A DNA stretch of 64,000 nt from Mesotaenium endlicherianum (lineage: Eukaryota). Location: NCBI GenBank assembly GCA_009602735.1, contig WELA01003517.1, positions 356,028-420,027 of the forward strand, read 5' to 3'. Positions 40,440 through 51,699 of this stretch are shown piece after piece. Numbering within the stretch: the first letter of the stretch is position 1; every line of letters starts with the position of its first letter. Position numbers and translations under genes: made by a program. The notes under the pieces were generated by a model. That model was not told the DNA's origin. It was given only the letters and a program-made list of their open reading frames with translations, and did no database searches.

Positions 40440-42755
40440 GAGACGATGCATTTTACTTTCAAGCGCATTTCGTATGCCCTCACTCATGCGCCAGTTCTCA
40501 CATTGCCCAATTCAAACCTGCCTTACAAGGTAGTCGCAAACGCGTCCGGTGTTGGAATAGCAAATGGGCTGCAGGCAGGCCGGCCTATCAATTTCAAGAG
40601 TCGAAAGCTAACACCTCCCAGACAAAACTACTCAAAAACAGCGCAGGAGCTCTAGGTAGTTATGTGTGCTTTGAAAATTTGACGATGTTATTTGGAAGAC
40701 TGCAAGGGTTTGACAGTGGTCACGGAGCACTGCCAAATACCTTCTTCCAAATTCAGCCAACGCTATCAAGACGGCAGACGAGATGGTTTGAGTTCTTACA
40801 ACGATTACACTTTATTTGGGCGTAGTGCCCTAGTTGCAACAATGTTGCCGACCCGCTAAGTCGAATTCCTCCGACTGGATTATTGCTCTTGGGGACTGTT
40901 GCGGGGGTTGTAGAACAAAATGGTAAGGTTTCCAGGGTGGCCACTCTTGCTTCTGCTGTACTCCCCCAGACGACTGCTGTACCAACGCCTGGTGACGCGG
41001 GCACACCCTTCTTGGATAGCATAGGTAACTCTGAGTAACTTGACCTGCATCACTTATTTTGCGAGGGCTATCTCGAGGGTCCGTTTTTTCTAAATTGCTT
41101 GGGTACTTACTGGCTCTAGCGGTGTAGCCGTAACGATGGACAATATGGACAAAAGGAAAGAATGCTCAAACTATACATTTGAGTCGCGATCTTGGTGGCA
41201 AAATGGGCGCATTGTGGTCCCAGAAGGCCAAGTAAGACATGTGCTACAATTGGAAGTGCATGACTCTCCTTACACGGGTCATCAAGGATTTACTAAAACC
41301 ATTCACACGTTGCACCAAGGGTCCACGTGGCCGTCCTTCCAAGTTGATGTTGCCGAGTACATCACGAATTGTGCAACTTGTCAGAAGACTAAGCTGGGCA
41401 ATGCGTTGCCAGCTGGAAAGTTGCGAGCATTGGAACTTGTAGGTGGCCCGTGGGAAAGCATTAGTTTCAACTTTGTCGTGGAATTGCCTACCACCAAAAT
41501 GGGTCACAGTGGGGTGTTAATGATTGTGCATTGTTCCACTGTAAGATGGCGCACTTCGTGCCCACTAAACCATCACTTGATGCAAAAGAGACCGCTCAGC
41601 TCTTCATTGATCATGTGTTCAAGTTACATGGCATGCCAAAGCAGATCATAAGATATCATAGTTACGAGCCACTTTGGGCAGGAAGTGTGCACGTATTTTG
41701 GCACAAAACTTAAGATGTCAACAAGCTTCCATCCTCGGATACATGACCAGACAGAACGTATATTGCGTTCTTCAACAGTTCCTTAGGCATTATGTAAATC
41801 CTCGCCAAGACAATTGGGATACCCTTCACTTAGTTGCAGAGTTCGCCGAAAATAATGCTTATCAGAAAGTATTGAAGAAATTCTTATTTTCCTTAAATAT
41901 GGGAGACATCCGCACACTCCGTTGACATAAGTGGTTTCGGGTCAGATGAAGGAGTCAACCATGAGAGTACCAAATGCGCGCCAATTTGTCCATTTCCTTC
42001 AAGAGGTGCACAAACAGGCAAAGATGGCCTTAGACGCTGCACGAGATCGGCAGAAGAAGTTTGCTGACATGCCCAGGAAAGAGTTAAGTTTTGAGGAAGG
42101 CAATAAAGTCGTTTTGCAAACCAAGAATTTGCAACTCAAGCACCCAGGAAAGTGTAAGCTTTTGCCTTGTTGGATAGGCCCTTCTATCGTTAGTGCAAAG
42201 GTTGCTCATGGTGCATACCGAATGAATTTCTCTAAGTCCATGGGGCGTACGCATTCTGTGCTCCCTCTTAGTTTACTAGATTTTTTTTGATTTAATGGCC
42301 GCTATCAGCCACAAGCACCAAAATTGGAACTCAAAACAAGATGACATAGCCTGGGATGTAGAGGAAGTTAAAGGACATCGCTACACCAGTCATAAGCCTC
42401 CCAGAGTTTAATTTTTGATAAGATAGCTCATCTACGATTTCAGTTGAAATTCTTATGAATTGCCGGATGAAATTCTGCATGATTGTAGTGACATGGTTCA
42501 ACAATACTGGTTACGATGGGCTAAAGCTCAAAAACTCTGTGCTGAGGCAAACAACGTGCTGCCTGGCGCACTTCGTAAGCCAACAAACAAACGCAAAAGA
42601 GTCGCGGCCAAATAATCGATCTTTTCCGTACCTGTTCCGCTGCAATCGTCCGTTCGCCCGAAAGTGTGTTTTACGTTTGGTAAGGCAAGTAAGGACACCG
42701 ACTATTTAAAAGACGTATGCTTAACGAGGACGTTAAGTTCTTTTAAGGGGGAGAG
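40440..42755 (+). pseudogene. Decayed Ty3/Gypsy RNase H-integrase-chromodomain region (family D) ending in a PPT
   Basis: LTHAPVLTLP; HDSPYTGHQG..CATC; DNWDTL; WIGPSIV; WDVEEVKGHR; AAGGGGGAGAG immediately before TGTAACC. Confidence 0.85.
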
Positions 42756-42782
42756 TGTAACCATCTGAGCACTTTAGACGTA

Positions 42783-43792
42783 TGTCATGATTCATTAAGT
42801 CGAGGTTGACGTACGAACCAAAATCTACGTGTGTGAACCATCAACCTAGGAAGACCAACTTTGCATTGACTTTACGCATCCATATGTTGACCTTCTCTAG
42901 ATTTCCGAGTCACCAAAGTGTAGCGCGTCGAAGCATCTACCGAAGGGCACCGATTTTGCGTCATTTGGTTAATTATCGAGCGAGATAGACGCGATTTAGT
43001 CCGCACTCCTTTCGGCACCTAGCGGAATCACACCTAATGGCCAACTTGTGACTCAATGCACCCCAAGGCGAGAATGTTGACCATTCGTGACCCCAAGAAC
43101 CCCTAGCTTTGTGCGCACAAATCCGCGAGCCCTTTAGACTACATAAGTCTTGCATTTCCACAGTGTAAGTGCATCATTGAGGCTATAACTTGGTGACTGC
43201 ATCACCTACTCCTAGAGGAAGCTTCCTCAAGTTTCAGAGTCACTTTTGAGGCGCTATCTAGGTAGAACTACCCAAGGTAAGCTCCACGAATGAGAGACAC
43301 TTAGCATATTTTACGTGCTTTGCTTTGATTGGTTTGAGTTATGCTTAGCCTATAAGAGTGCTAGTACATGCCTTGTACACATTAGTGGAAATAGAAGAGC
43401 CTCCTAGAGTGACTACATGCATTGGATCCGCCGCATACGACGCCGGGTTTTCAGGAGTATAAGTGCTAGAGATGTCCCTAGAGGAACATCTTTTCAGAAG
43501 TCCCATTATGCCAGTTGTAAGTCACAGAGATTATCAGTAAAGCTTACACTTTTATCTCTTGTGTTTTCAGGACCACTTTGTCCCTCTCTTGTGTAGAGCA
43601 AGCCTTTTTGGCTTCCAATCACTAGAAGAACTTCACAAGCGGTGAGCAATGTCACAGCTCATACCCCCTGCCATAGGACTACTCTTGAAGATCATGATGT
43701 GCTTCCAGTGATCTTTTGGGCCAGACTTCATTAGTTGTTTTCCTACCAGATTACAGTCTTGAGGTGCTCACTCTGGAGAGTACACACTCCTT
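42783..43792 (+). repeat. Repeat A1 (1010 bp)
   Basis: Direct repeat of 54848-55856; identity stops abruptly after CTCCTT, with no terminal CA. Confidence 0.95.
43458..43501 (+). promoter_or_regulatory. Predicted core promoter of element C: TATAAG at 43458, initiator CA with +1 at 43488
   Basis: 30-nt TATA-to-Inr spacing, conserved in A2; the predicted +1 coincides with the segment complementary to 43793-43805. Inference. Confidence 0.55.
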
Positions 43793-43805
43793 ACTTCTAA
43801 AAGAT
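43793..43805 (+). promoter_or_regulatory. Putative self-priming primer-binding site ACTTCTAAAAGAT
   Basis: Immediately after A1; complementary to ATCTTT(T)CAGAAGT at 43488-43501 and 55553-55565; no TGG-type tRNA PBS present. Confidence 0.65.
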
Positions 43806-43841
43806 CTCTCTTTGCCTGCACGCAATTAGAATCTTCAGCGT

Positions 43842-46800
43842 ATGCCTACCCGTAGTGGGCGTGCTTACCAACCTTACTACGAAGGGGTTAGTGGAGAAGA
43901 CTCAGACTCCGATCTCAGTACTGTCACTGAACCCTCTGAAGGGGAGCAGATGGCACTCGTGCTTTCTGTGATTGTCCCTGAGCCGTCTTCTCGTCGGGCT
44001 CACCACGATTCCTGGTATCCCATGGCAGGTGACCACGAGGTCAAGACTGTTAGGTCCTCCCTCTTCTGCTTCTGCGGTAGGCCAGGAACTTGTGATCTGG
44101 ACGACACAATCTCAGAGTTCAAGGCTAAGTTCGTGACCGCGAGGCTTAAGACGCCCGCGCTCACTAAGCGTGACGTGTTCTATACGCTCATGCGCTATCT
44201 CCTCTACGAGGCCCGTGACACATTCCGTGAGAAGTGTGACAAGATCTACGCACGCACAAAGCCTGTGGGGGAACCCCCAGTAGAGACCCCCCACGCTGAC
44301 CCGGTCAAGGCCTTCTGGGACGTCCTCAGGAAGGAGTTCGAGGCCGCGACCGAAGAGAAGGTGTACAAGCTGCACCACTTATTCCGCCGCAAGAATGAGA
44401 CGATCTGCATGATGTACCGCCGCTTGACGCACCTTTGCCGAGACGTTGGCACCGTTACTGACCGGGAGGCAGCGGAGATCTTCTTGCGCGCCGTAGAGCC
44501 ACGTTTGAGGGAGCGAGCCATGGCTCCTCTCATCTACCACATCGGCTCCGAGTACTTGCTGGAGGATGCTCACCTCTCAATCATGAAGCAAAGCTTGGCC
44601 GCCGCACGGAGCAACATTAGCGACCGTGTAGGCCTCGCATCCACGGGCGTACGCCAAGAGTCTTTGGTGCTGCCATCCCCGACAATGCGCCCAGTTCCGG
44701 CTCGCCTGCCCCAACAGCAGCAGCAGCCTCAGCGCTCTCAGTTGTCCTAGCAGACCCAGCAGCGCGGGGCTCCGCGTGGCCGCATTTCCATGGCCGCCAC
44801 GACGAGCGACCCCTGTTGGTCTAGCGGGAAGACGGGCAACTCTCGCTAGAACTGCACTATTGCGCAGAATGGCAAGCCCGGTGACTGCACCTACTGTGGC
44901 AAGGGCGGCCACCTGCAGATAGTATGCCTGCAGAAGAAGCGCGACGCCGAGAACAGACGCGCACGTGACGGCCCTGCGCCAGCAGCAGGACTTCGGGGCA
45001 TGCGTAGCCCTCGCACGGGCGGACGTCCCTCGATGGCTGCAACCTCGGCTACGATGGACGCCGCGCTGACCCCCGGAGCCGATTACTACAGTCTTGACGA
45101 CGTCAGCAACGCCCTCGTAGAGGCCAACGCAGAGATTGCCAGACTCCGCGGCCTCGTCGCTACCGACAGTTACGACGCGTGCGGAGCCCTCTTTGCACGC
45201 GTCCTGCAGTCCGACGCTTTAGCTCCGACAGCTGGCGTCTGCGCAGCTCCTGCGCACTTTCATGACGCCTACACGTGGCAACCCCAGAGGCTGGCACCTG
45301 GCGCTATAGCAGCGCTGCAGCCTCGCACGCGCCCGCCCCACGAGAGAGCTACGGCGACCAGCGCCGCAGGCGTCTGTGCAGACGCTTCTGCCAGACCTGC
45401 GCACTCTGCACTAGTGTCCGTCAGCAGCTGCTGCACTCGTTCGGTCGGGCTGCCAGATTGCAGGCTGCAGGCACACGCGGTCCCGCTACCCTGTGTCACA
45501 GACGCTGCAGCTCCCAACGCGCCCCTTGACGGTTCGGCACACACGTCAGCACAGCCGCAGGCTTCAGCAGCCCCGCTGGCCTGTGCCGCCCTGCTGGCGC
45601 CAGCAGTGCCTTCGGCAGCCTACGCAGCGACAGCTGTCGCGACGGGGCGCGCTTGCCAACTGAGTACCACGACTACAGCACACAAGGCTGCAGCGCCCCC
45701 CGCTCTACGTGTCGCCATCCCAGGTGCAGACCTACACATCAGCCGGCAACGTTAGGAGGGTCTCACCCTGTTGGCTGCTGCAAGCAGCAGGGTCCAGCAG
45801 GCGCCGACCCTTGCCACGTGTCCGGCAGGCCAGGTCGCTCTTGCCGGCAGCCACGCGCACACTCGCGCTCTCACGCGTCTGCTCACACCCCGCGCGGCAA
45901 CGCGAGGCTTGCCGGGCAGCCAGCTACAAGATCACAGCTCGGCCGCCATAGCAGCAGCTGCGCACGCCAGCGGCGCACACGTCCTTCCACGTGGCGCGCG
46001 CACGCAATCTGGCACGGCCAACGCAGATTCGGCGGCCGCGATCGCCATTCCCAGTCAGGAGGGGGCATCCCTAATTACGCTGTGCGGCTGGATTGCCGTG
46101 CGAAGCGCCGACGGCACGCTCACGGTTGCGCAAAGCCAGGGCTTAAACCCTGGCTGCGCCCAAAACCCCCGCGCCGACGCAATTCGCGCTACGGGGGCCT
46201 CGGCGTACGCCCGCGCCAGAGGGAGGGTGTCCCGAGCAGCGTCCGAGGCAGCCAACGTAGACCTTGAAGCCAGACCAACCACGCGCCCCTGCAATCCCAG
46301 GAGCAATTGGGAGGCGCCACATGGCAGCCTCCCAACGACCGCCCCTTCGCCAATCCCAGCAGCCGCGCCAACAACCGTCGCACCTGACGCGTGCGCGACT
46401 GGCGAGACTTTGCCTGACGGCAGCTGCACATCTGCACATCTCTGCACATGCTCGCACACGCCGCGCACAGCACTGCAACGCTCGCTCAGCAGCCCGCCAC
46501 GCGACCACCTCACGGCAGCCACGTCAGCCGCTGCGTACAGCACCTGCGCACACGTGCCGCCATTTGGCACGCGCACGCATTCCGGCCCAGCCAGCGCAGA
46601 TTTGGCGGCCGCGACTGCCATCCCGAGCCAGGGGGCGACCTCCTTGATCGCGCTGCGCGGCCGTGTCTCCGTTTGGAACTGCGACGGCGCGCACACGGTT
46701 GCGCAAAGCCAGGGCTTAAACCCTGGCTACGCACAAAACCCTTGGGCCTTCGCGATAAGCGTGGCGAGGCTCCCGGCGAGCACGCGCGCTACCTGGAGGG

Positions 46801-46976
46801 CGCCACGTACCTTGCTTGGGGCAGCCGATACCGACACCGAAACCGGTCGGGCGACGCAACTTTGCAGGCCCAGGGGCGTCCTTGAAGCGCCACTTGTGAG
46901 GCTGCCAACAACCAAGCCTGCGCCAGCCCTGGCGTTTGCGCTAGCGACCAAAGCATTGCGCCCAAAGCAGCACTGA
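43842..46976 (+). pseudogene. Gag-like region of element C with CCHC knuckle(s) and a long Ala/Pro-rich linker (one frame, three TAG stops)
   Basis: ORFs 43842, 45000 and 45771 share a frame; CTYCGKGGHLQIVC at ~44886-44930, preceded by a degenerate knuckle. Confidence 0.8.
45840..46950 (+). repeat. Diverged ~573-bp tandem duplication inside element C
   Basis: CACGGTTGCGCAAAGCCAGGGCTTAAACCCTGGCT at 46121 and 46694; flanking translations align (IPSQ.GA.SLI.L.G...TVAQSQGLNPG.AQNP). Confidence 0.8.
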
Positions 46977-47759
46977 CATTCGCAGCCGCTCCACCGGAGG
47001 CACCAGCGTTTGCCGAGGCGCCAGCTGCAGGAGGACCCGAGCCAGCGCATTTCACGACGCCAGTACCAGGTGGGCCAGTGCCACCTGGCGGCCTTCCGGT
47101 CGCCGAGGCAGCGCCAGCATCGACAGCTGAGCCAGCAAGCCTGGCACCTGCGCCAGCAACTGCGCAAGCATGCCCAGGAGCGCCAGCGCCGAGCGCGCCA
47201 GCGCCAGGTGCACCAGCGCCAGGTGCGTCCAAGCTGGGAGCACCAGCGCCAGGTACCCGAGCGCCACGTGTGCCAGCCGCTCGTCTGCCTGCTGAACCAG
47301 CGGCTGCGCCTGCTGTTGCCGCCGCGTGCAGCCCCATTCTGGCCTGCTGCGCACGCACAGTGCCACTCGGAGGCCGCACAACAGACGGCAGCGCACGACG
47401 CAAGCCCGCTTTGGTGGCAGNGATCAGGGGCGTCGCACGGAGGAGGCGCCGCGTCTGCCCCGCTTGTTCCGCGTGCTGGACACGCCAGCAGCGCCAGCGG
47501 CCTTTGCGCCTCACGCGATGGCCTCGCCGATGACCACGGTGCAGCTCAGCGCCGAGGTCATCTCGCTGGCGCTTGACCGCATGCCAGCAGTCTCCTTCGC
47601 AGAGCTTGGCGTGTCGATGGAAGCCATACGGCAGGCAACCCAGCTACTGCTCCAGTCGCGCAGGGCCAGCCAGCGCGCCTCTGACGGCAGGCCAACGTCA
47701 GACGCGGCAGCCGCGGTGCTCTCCGCGCCCGCGCGACCTGCGCATGAGCGCAGGATGAT

Positions 47760-48180
47760 CAGCACGCCTAACGCTGCGTTTTTGGATAATTCGCAGGGCA
47801 TCGTGCTAGTAAACACGCAGGTCCCGCGGCGCATCATGTTCGACACTGGCGCCCAGCCAGTCCTCATCAACCTGCACTAACTCCGCCAACCGGGCCTCTC
47901 GTCAGCCGACCTAGAGGATTCGCCTACGCGGATCAACACCGCTGCTGGCACGTCCAAGACCGTCACCGGGCGCACGTGGCTGGCCCTTCGCTTCACCTTT
48001 CGGCCCGGCACTCCGGATGAGACGACCATCCACCGGCATGCGTTGGTCACTCGCTCCGAGACCTTCGACGTGCTCCTTGGCCAGGACGTGCTCTTTCCTA
48101 TCGGCGCCGCAGTGGATTACTGGGTGGAGCGGGTCTTTTATCGTCCCGACTGGCAGTCAGGGGGGACCCGCACTGCATCT
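47760..48180 (+). pseudogene. Aspartic protease domain of element C
   Basis: RRIMFDTGAQPVLI (DTG) ... FDVLLGQDVLF; one in-frame stop. Confidence 0.85.
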
Positions 48181-50216
48181 GTGCCACTTGACATCTTGGA
48201 TTGTCGCGCGGCAGAGTCCCCCCTCTACGGCTTCATGGCGCTGGACGATGGTTGGTCTGTGGTTTAGACCAATAAGGGGGGAGCCGAGGATGACGAGGTC
48301 TCCGTCGGCGCCGACTTACTGGAGACGCAGGAGGAGGATCCCGAGCTGTCTGGTGCCGAGCTCCACCTCACGCCCCAGGAGCAGGCTGACGCTCTAGCCG
48401 CACAAGCCAGGGAGACAGTGCGGATCTACGCCGCGCATAACGCCATGGTGCATCAGATGGCGGCAGACGCCGTAGAGGCACACGCCGTTGCCACGGCTGC
48501 TCTTACTGCTGCAGCTCACGCTCATGACGCAGCCACAGCCGCAGCAGCCATACCTCAACCACAGCCTCCTGCGACGAGCAAACCCTCCTCAAGATCACAC
48601 GTCCGCGTACGGCATGACGTGCCTGTGGGGGTCGCCATCCAGTATCGCATGGCCTCCCAGTCGCCCTCACCCTCACTGTCGCACAGGACAGGCGACTCAT
48701 GGCCACGCACTACTACGTCTGAGGACGAGGCCATGAGGCAGGCAGCGTTCCCAGGCAGGTCCGACGACGCGTCATTGAGCAGCGAGGAGGAGGAGTGGCA
48801 GGAGTGGTCCCAGGAGGCCGCAGAGGAGCCCGCAACCCAGCCATCGGCAGAGCCACCGCCGCCCACGCCTACAGCTCGCGTCCGACGCCAGCCTACAGGG
48901 CCTCCCGACTTCAGTTCTCTCTCACAAGAGACCACGGCCAATCCCCGTCGAGCCCATCCATGCGTCGGCGGGTCTAGTCGTCCGATACAGCACGACTGTT
49001 GGACCAGCAACGAGTGCCGTGACGTCACGCACTTGTTCGCTGGCAACAGCCTGAGCACAGGCTGGCCAGGTCGCGCCTCCGCCAGCACTGCCTCCACGGT
49101 TCCTTTCTCCGCTATCGACCCGCGTGCCGAATGTGCGCACCAGACAGTGGCCAGGATCAGCATCCTCGGTCCTTGGCGTACAGGTCCTTCCCCCTACGCC
49201 GGGCCAGCTCTACGCTTCGCACGCCGCACTCTGCCCCTAGATCGGCGTGCACGCGAGGTCACTTCGATCCGCGAGCATACCAGGGCTGCCCGTGAGGAAC
49301 GCCTCTGCGCGACACTCCCAGGGATGCACGAGAGGTCACTCCTCTTCGCGAGGGGAGAGAGGTCACTCCTTTGCGCGAGACGCGCCCGCGCTCAGTCACA
49401 CCGCAGTATGACGGTCCGCGCGATCTCCGCACCCGCGAGCATGACGCACAGTCTTCCTCCACCACTGCAGCTCACGCATTATACCAGACGCCGCCTGGCT
49501 GGCCTGCCGACGTCCCGCGCAGTCACATAGCCGGCTACGGGCCGTCTGGGTCACCTCCTCATAAGGTGGCCCGCACCGCTGCGCGCCTCCGCGACCGTCA
49601 TCCTCATCCGCACGCAACACGCGCAGGGCCCATGTAGCGCAGCCAGCGGGAGCGCGTCCGACTCCCATCTCTTTCGCCGCTACGCCCGCGAGTCCAACTC
49701 GCCCCACGTCAGCTCGTCCGTCCTCGACAGGCAGCACATTGGGACGAGCGCTCCGTTTGCACAGTGCCCCTTCAGGCGGATCTTCGCGAGCGTCAGCGTT
49801 CGTACTTTGATCAGCATTCCTAGCTGCCCCAGCGCACCGCCACAGAGCAGCTAACCCACGCCACTTCACACCACGCAGACTACAGGACGAGGGACCGGTG
49901 GCAGCAGCAGCGCGTGCGCGACGCGCAGGCTCTGGCCCGCCCAGTGCCCGAGGAGGCCTTGCAGGACGCGCGTGCGCGCTGGCGCACTTATCAAGCACAT
50001 TCTTGCACGGCTCGCCCGCAGCCGCTGCTCGAGCGCATTCCTCGACTTACTCGCCACTACGCAGAGCTCGCAGTGGCGGCCCTCCGCATGGCGCCCCATC
50101 AGCACAGTCTGCTGCGCTCCTATCCACCGCCAGCGCAAGCCGGCGATCCCGCCCTGGGTTGTCGCCCCCTTCCTACGCCTATCTACATCGCACAGCTCAA
50201 CGAGCGTCCCGGCGGC

Positions 50217-51160
50217 ATTGTCCTTGTCGAGCTCTTCGCCGACATTGCGACAGGGTTGTTGGCCACCCTACAGGCTGGCATCCCCGTACGTCGGTACGTC
50301 TACGTGGACCCCGATGGCGAGGCGCAGCAGGTCGCCCGCAGGCAGATGGCCTTATGCCACGAGCGTTTCCCAATCCTCTTCCCTGAGCATGCCTTCTACC
50401 GCGCCCAGATTGACTGGCCCATGGACATCCGCGACATTACCGCCAAGCACATCACGCGCCTCGGGCCCATCGACCTCATCATTGCTGGTTGGAAGTTCCA
50501 GGGCTTCTCCATTGCGGGACGGGGCAACGGGCTCGGTGACCCGCGTACGACCTTGTTCTGGCACCTGCTCCGCGTCCTCAACATGGTTGAGGACCGCCAA
50601 TCGCCGCACACGCTCGCCTGGGTGTCGGAGAACGTGGCTGTCCGCCACGATTCTCGGCCCAACGTCAGCGCCGACTTTTCCCTCTACAGCACCTACGTCG
50701 GTCGTGAGGCCGTCATTGACGCAGCTCAGATTAGTTCCTTCGCGCATTGTGTGCGCGCCTACTTCACCCACGTGGCCATGCTAGGCACGCTTGAGGCATT
50801 AGCGGCCGCACATCCACGCAACACGCGCAACGTTGACTCCATCCTCGACGTGGCGCGCCTGGCCCAGCGCGTGGTTGCCCTTCCGCATCCTTCTCAGGCC
50901 CAGTGTGAGGTCCTCCGCGACGTCATGCGGGCGCTTCCTACGTTCGTGAGTCGCTACGACAGCGCGGCCTACGTCGGCGACCAGCGCGGCATGATCATTG
51001 ACCTCGAGACTGGCATGTTCTAACGACCCCGTGCCGTGGAGATGGAGTGTGCGATGGGATTCCCTCCGCACCTCACACAGGTGGACGGCATCACCGAGGT
51101 CAACCGCGTGCGTCTCCTTGGCCAGGCTATCGATGCCAACGTCTTGACGTGGATTCTCCT
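50217..51160 (+). pseudogene. C5 cytosine DNA methyltransferase domain within the Pol of element C (this copy disabled)
   Basis: Ordered motifs I VELFADIATG, II YVD, III DIRDI, IV DLIIAGWKFQGFSIAG (catalytic Cys position reads Phe), V GLGDPR..LF, VI ENV, VIII AHCVRAYF, IX EMECAMGFP, X LLGQAID; same frame as the downstream RT. Confidence 0.9.
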
Positions 51161-51699
51161 GCAGACACAGGCCCTGACTCCCCTTTACGCCCAGGCTCGT
51201 CATCCTGAGATGGACCAGTTCTATGACGCCATGGATCGAGATTCCGACGGCAACGGCCGCGCCCCGCCTGGTACGACCTGGCATTCCTAGCGCGAGGGTC
51301 CAGCTTCCCAGCAGCCGCTTGCACCTTGTCCTGGTCCTTGTTCTGGTTTGCTGGGGGGGGACAGGAGGAGACAGGAGTCCCCACAGCGACCCAGGGAGTT
51401 TTGTTCCCCTTTTCTTTTTCCACGCTCTCCGCCGCCTACAGGTGGTGCAGGGCAGATGGCAGCAGCTGCCGAGGAGAGGGCACCCGAGGCAGGCCGAGTG
51501 CAGCCAGTTGCAGGACAGGTGACGCCTGCAGACCCACAGATCACGCCAGCAGCAAGGCAAGAGGCGCCAGCCGCAGCGCAGGAGCCACCACCAGCTGTCC
51601 CTACTTGGAAGCTGGGGGGGACTCTCACTAGGGCACGGGCTGCTCAGCTAACGGCATTGCTGGATGCACGGCGCAACGCCAGCTTTGCCAGCGGCATGC

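Noticed and set aside
45627..45640. Palindrome GCGACAGCTGTCGC resembling the att junction (also GACAGCTGTC at 3660-3669)
   Set aside because: No flanking A or B homology; plausible by chance in Ala-rich, GC-rich sequence.
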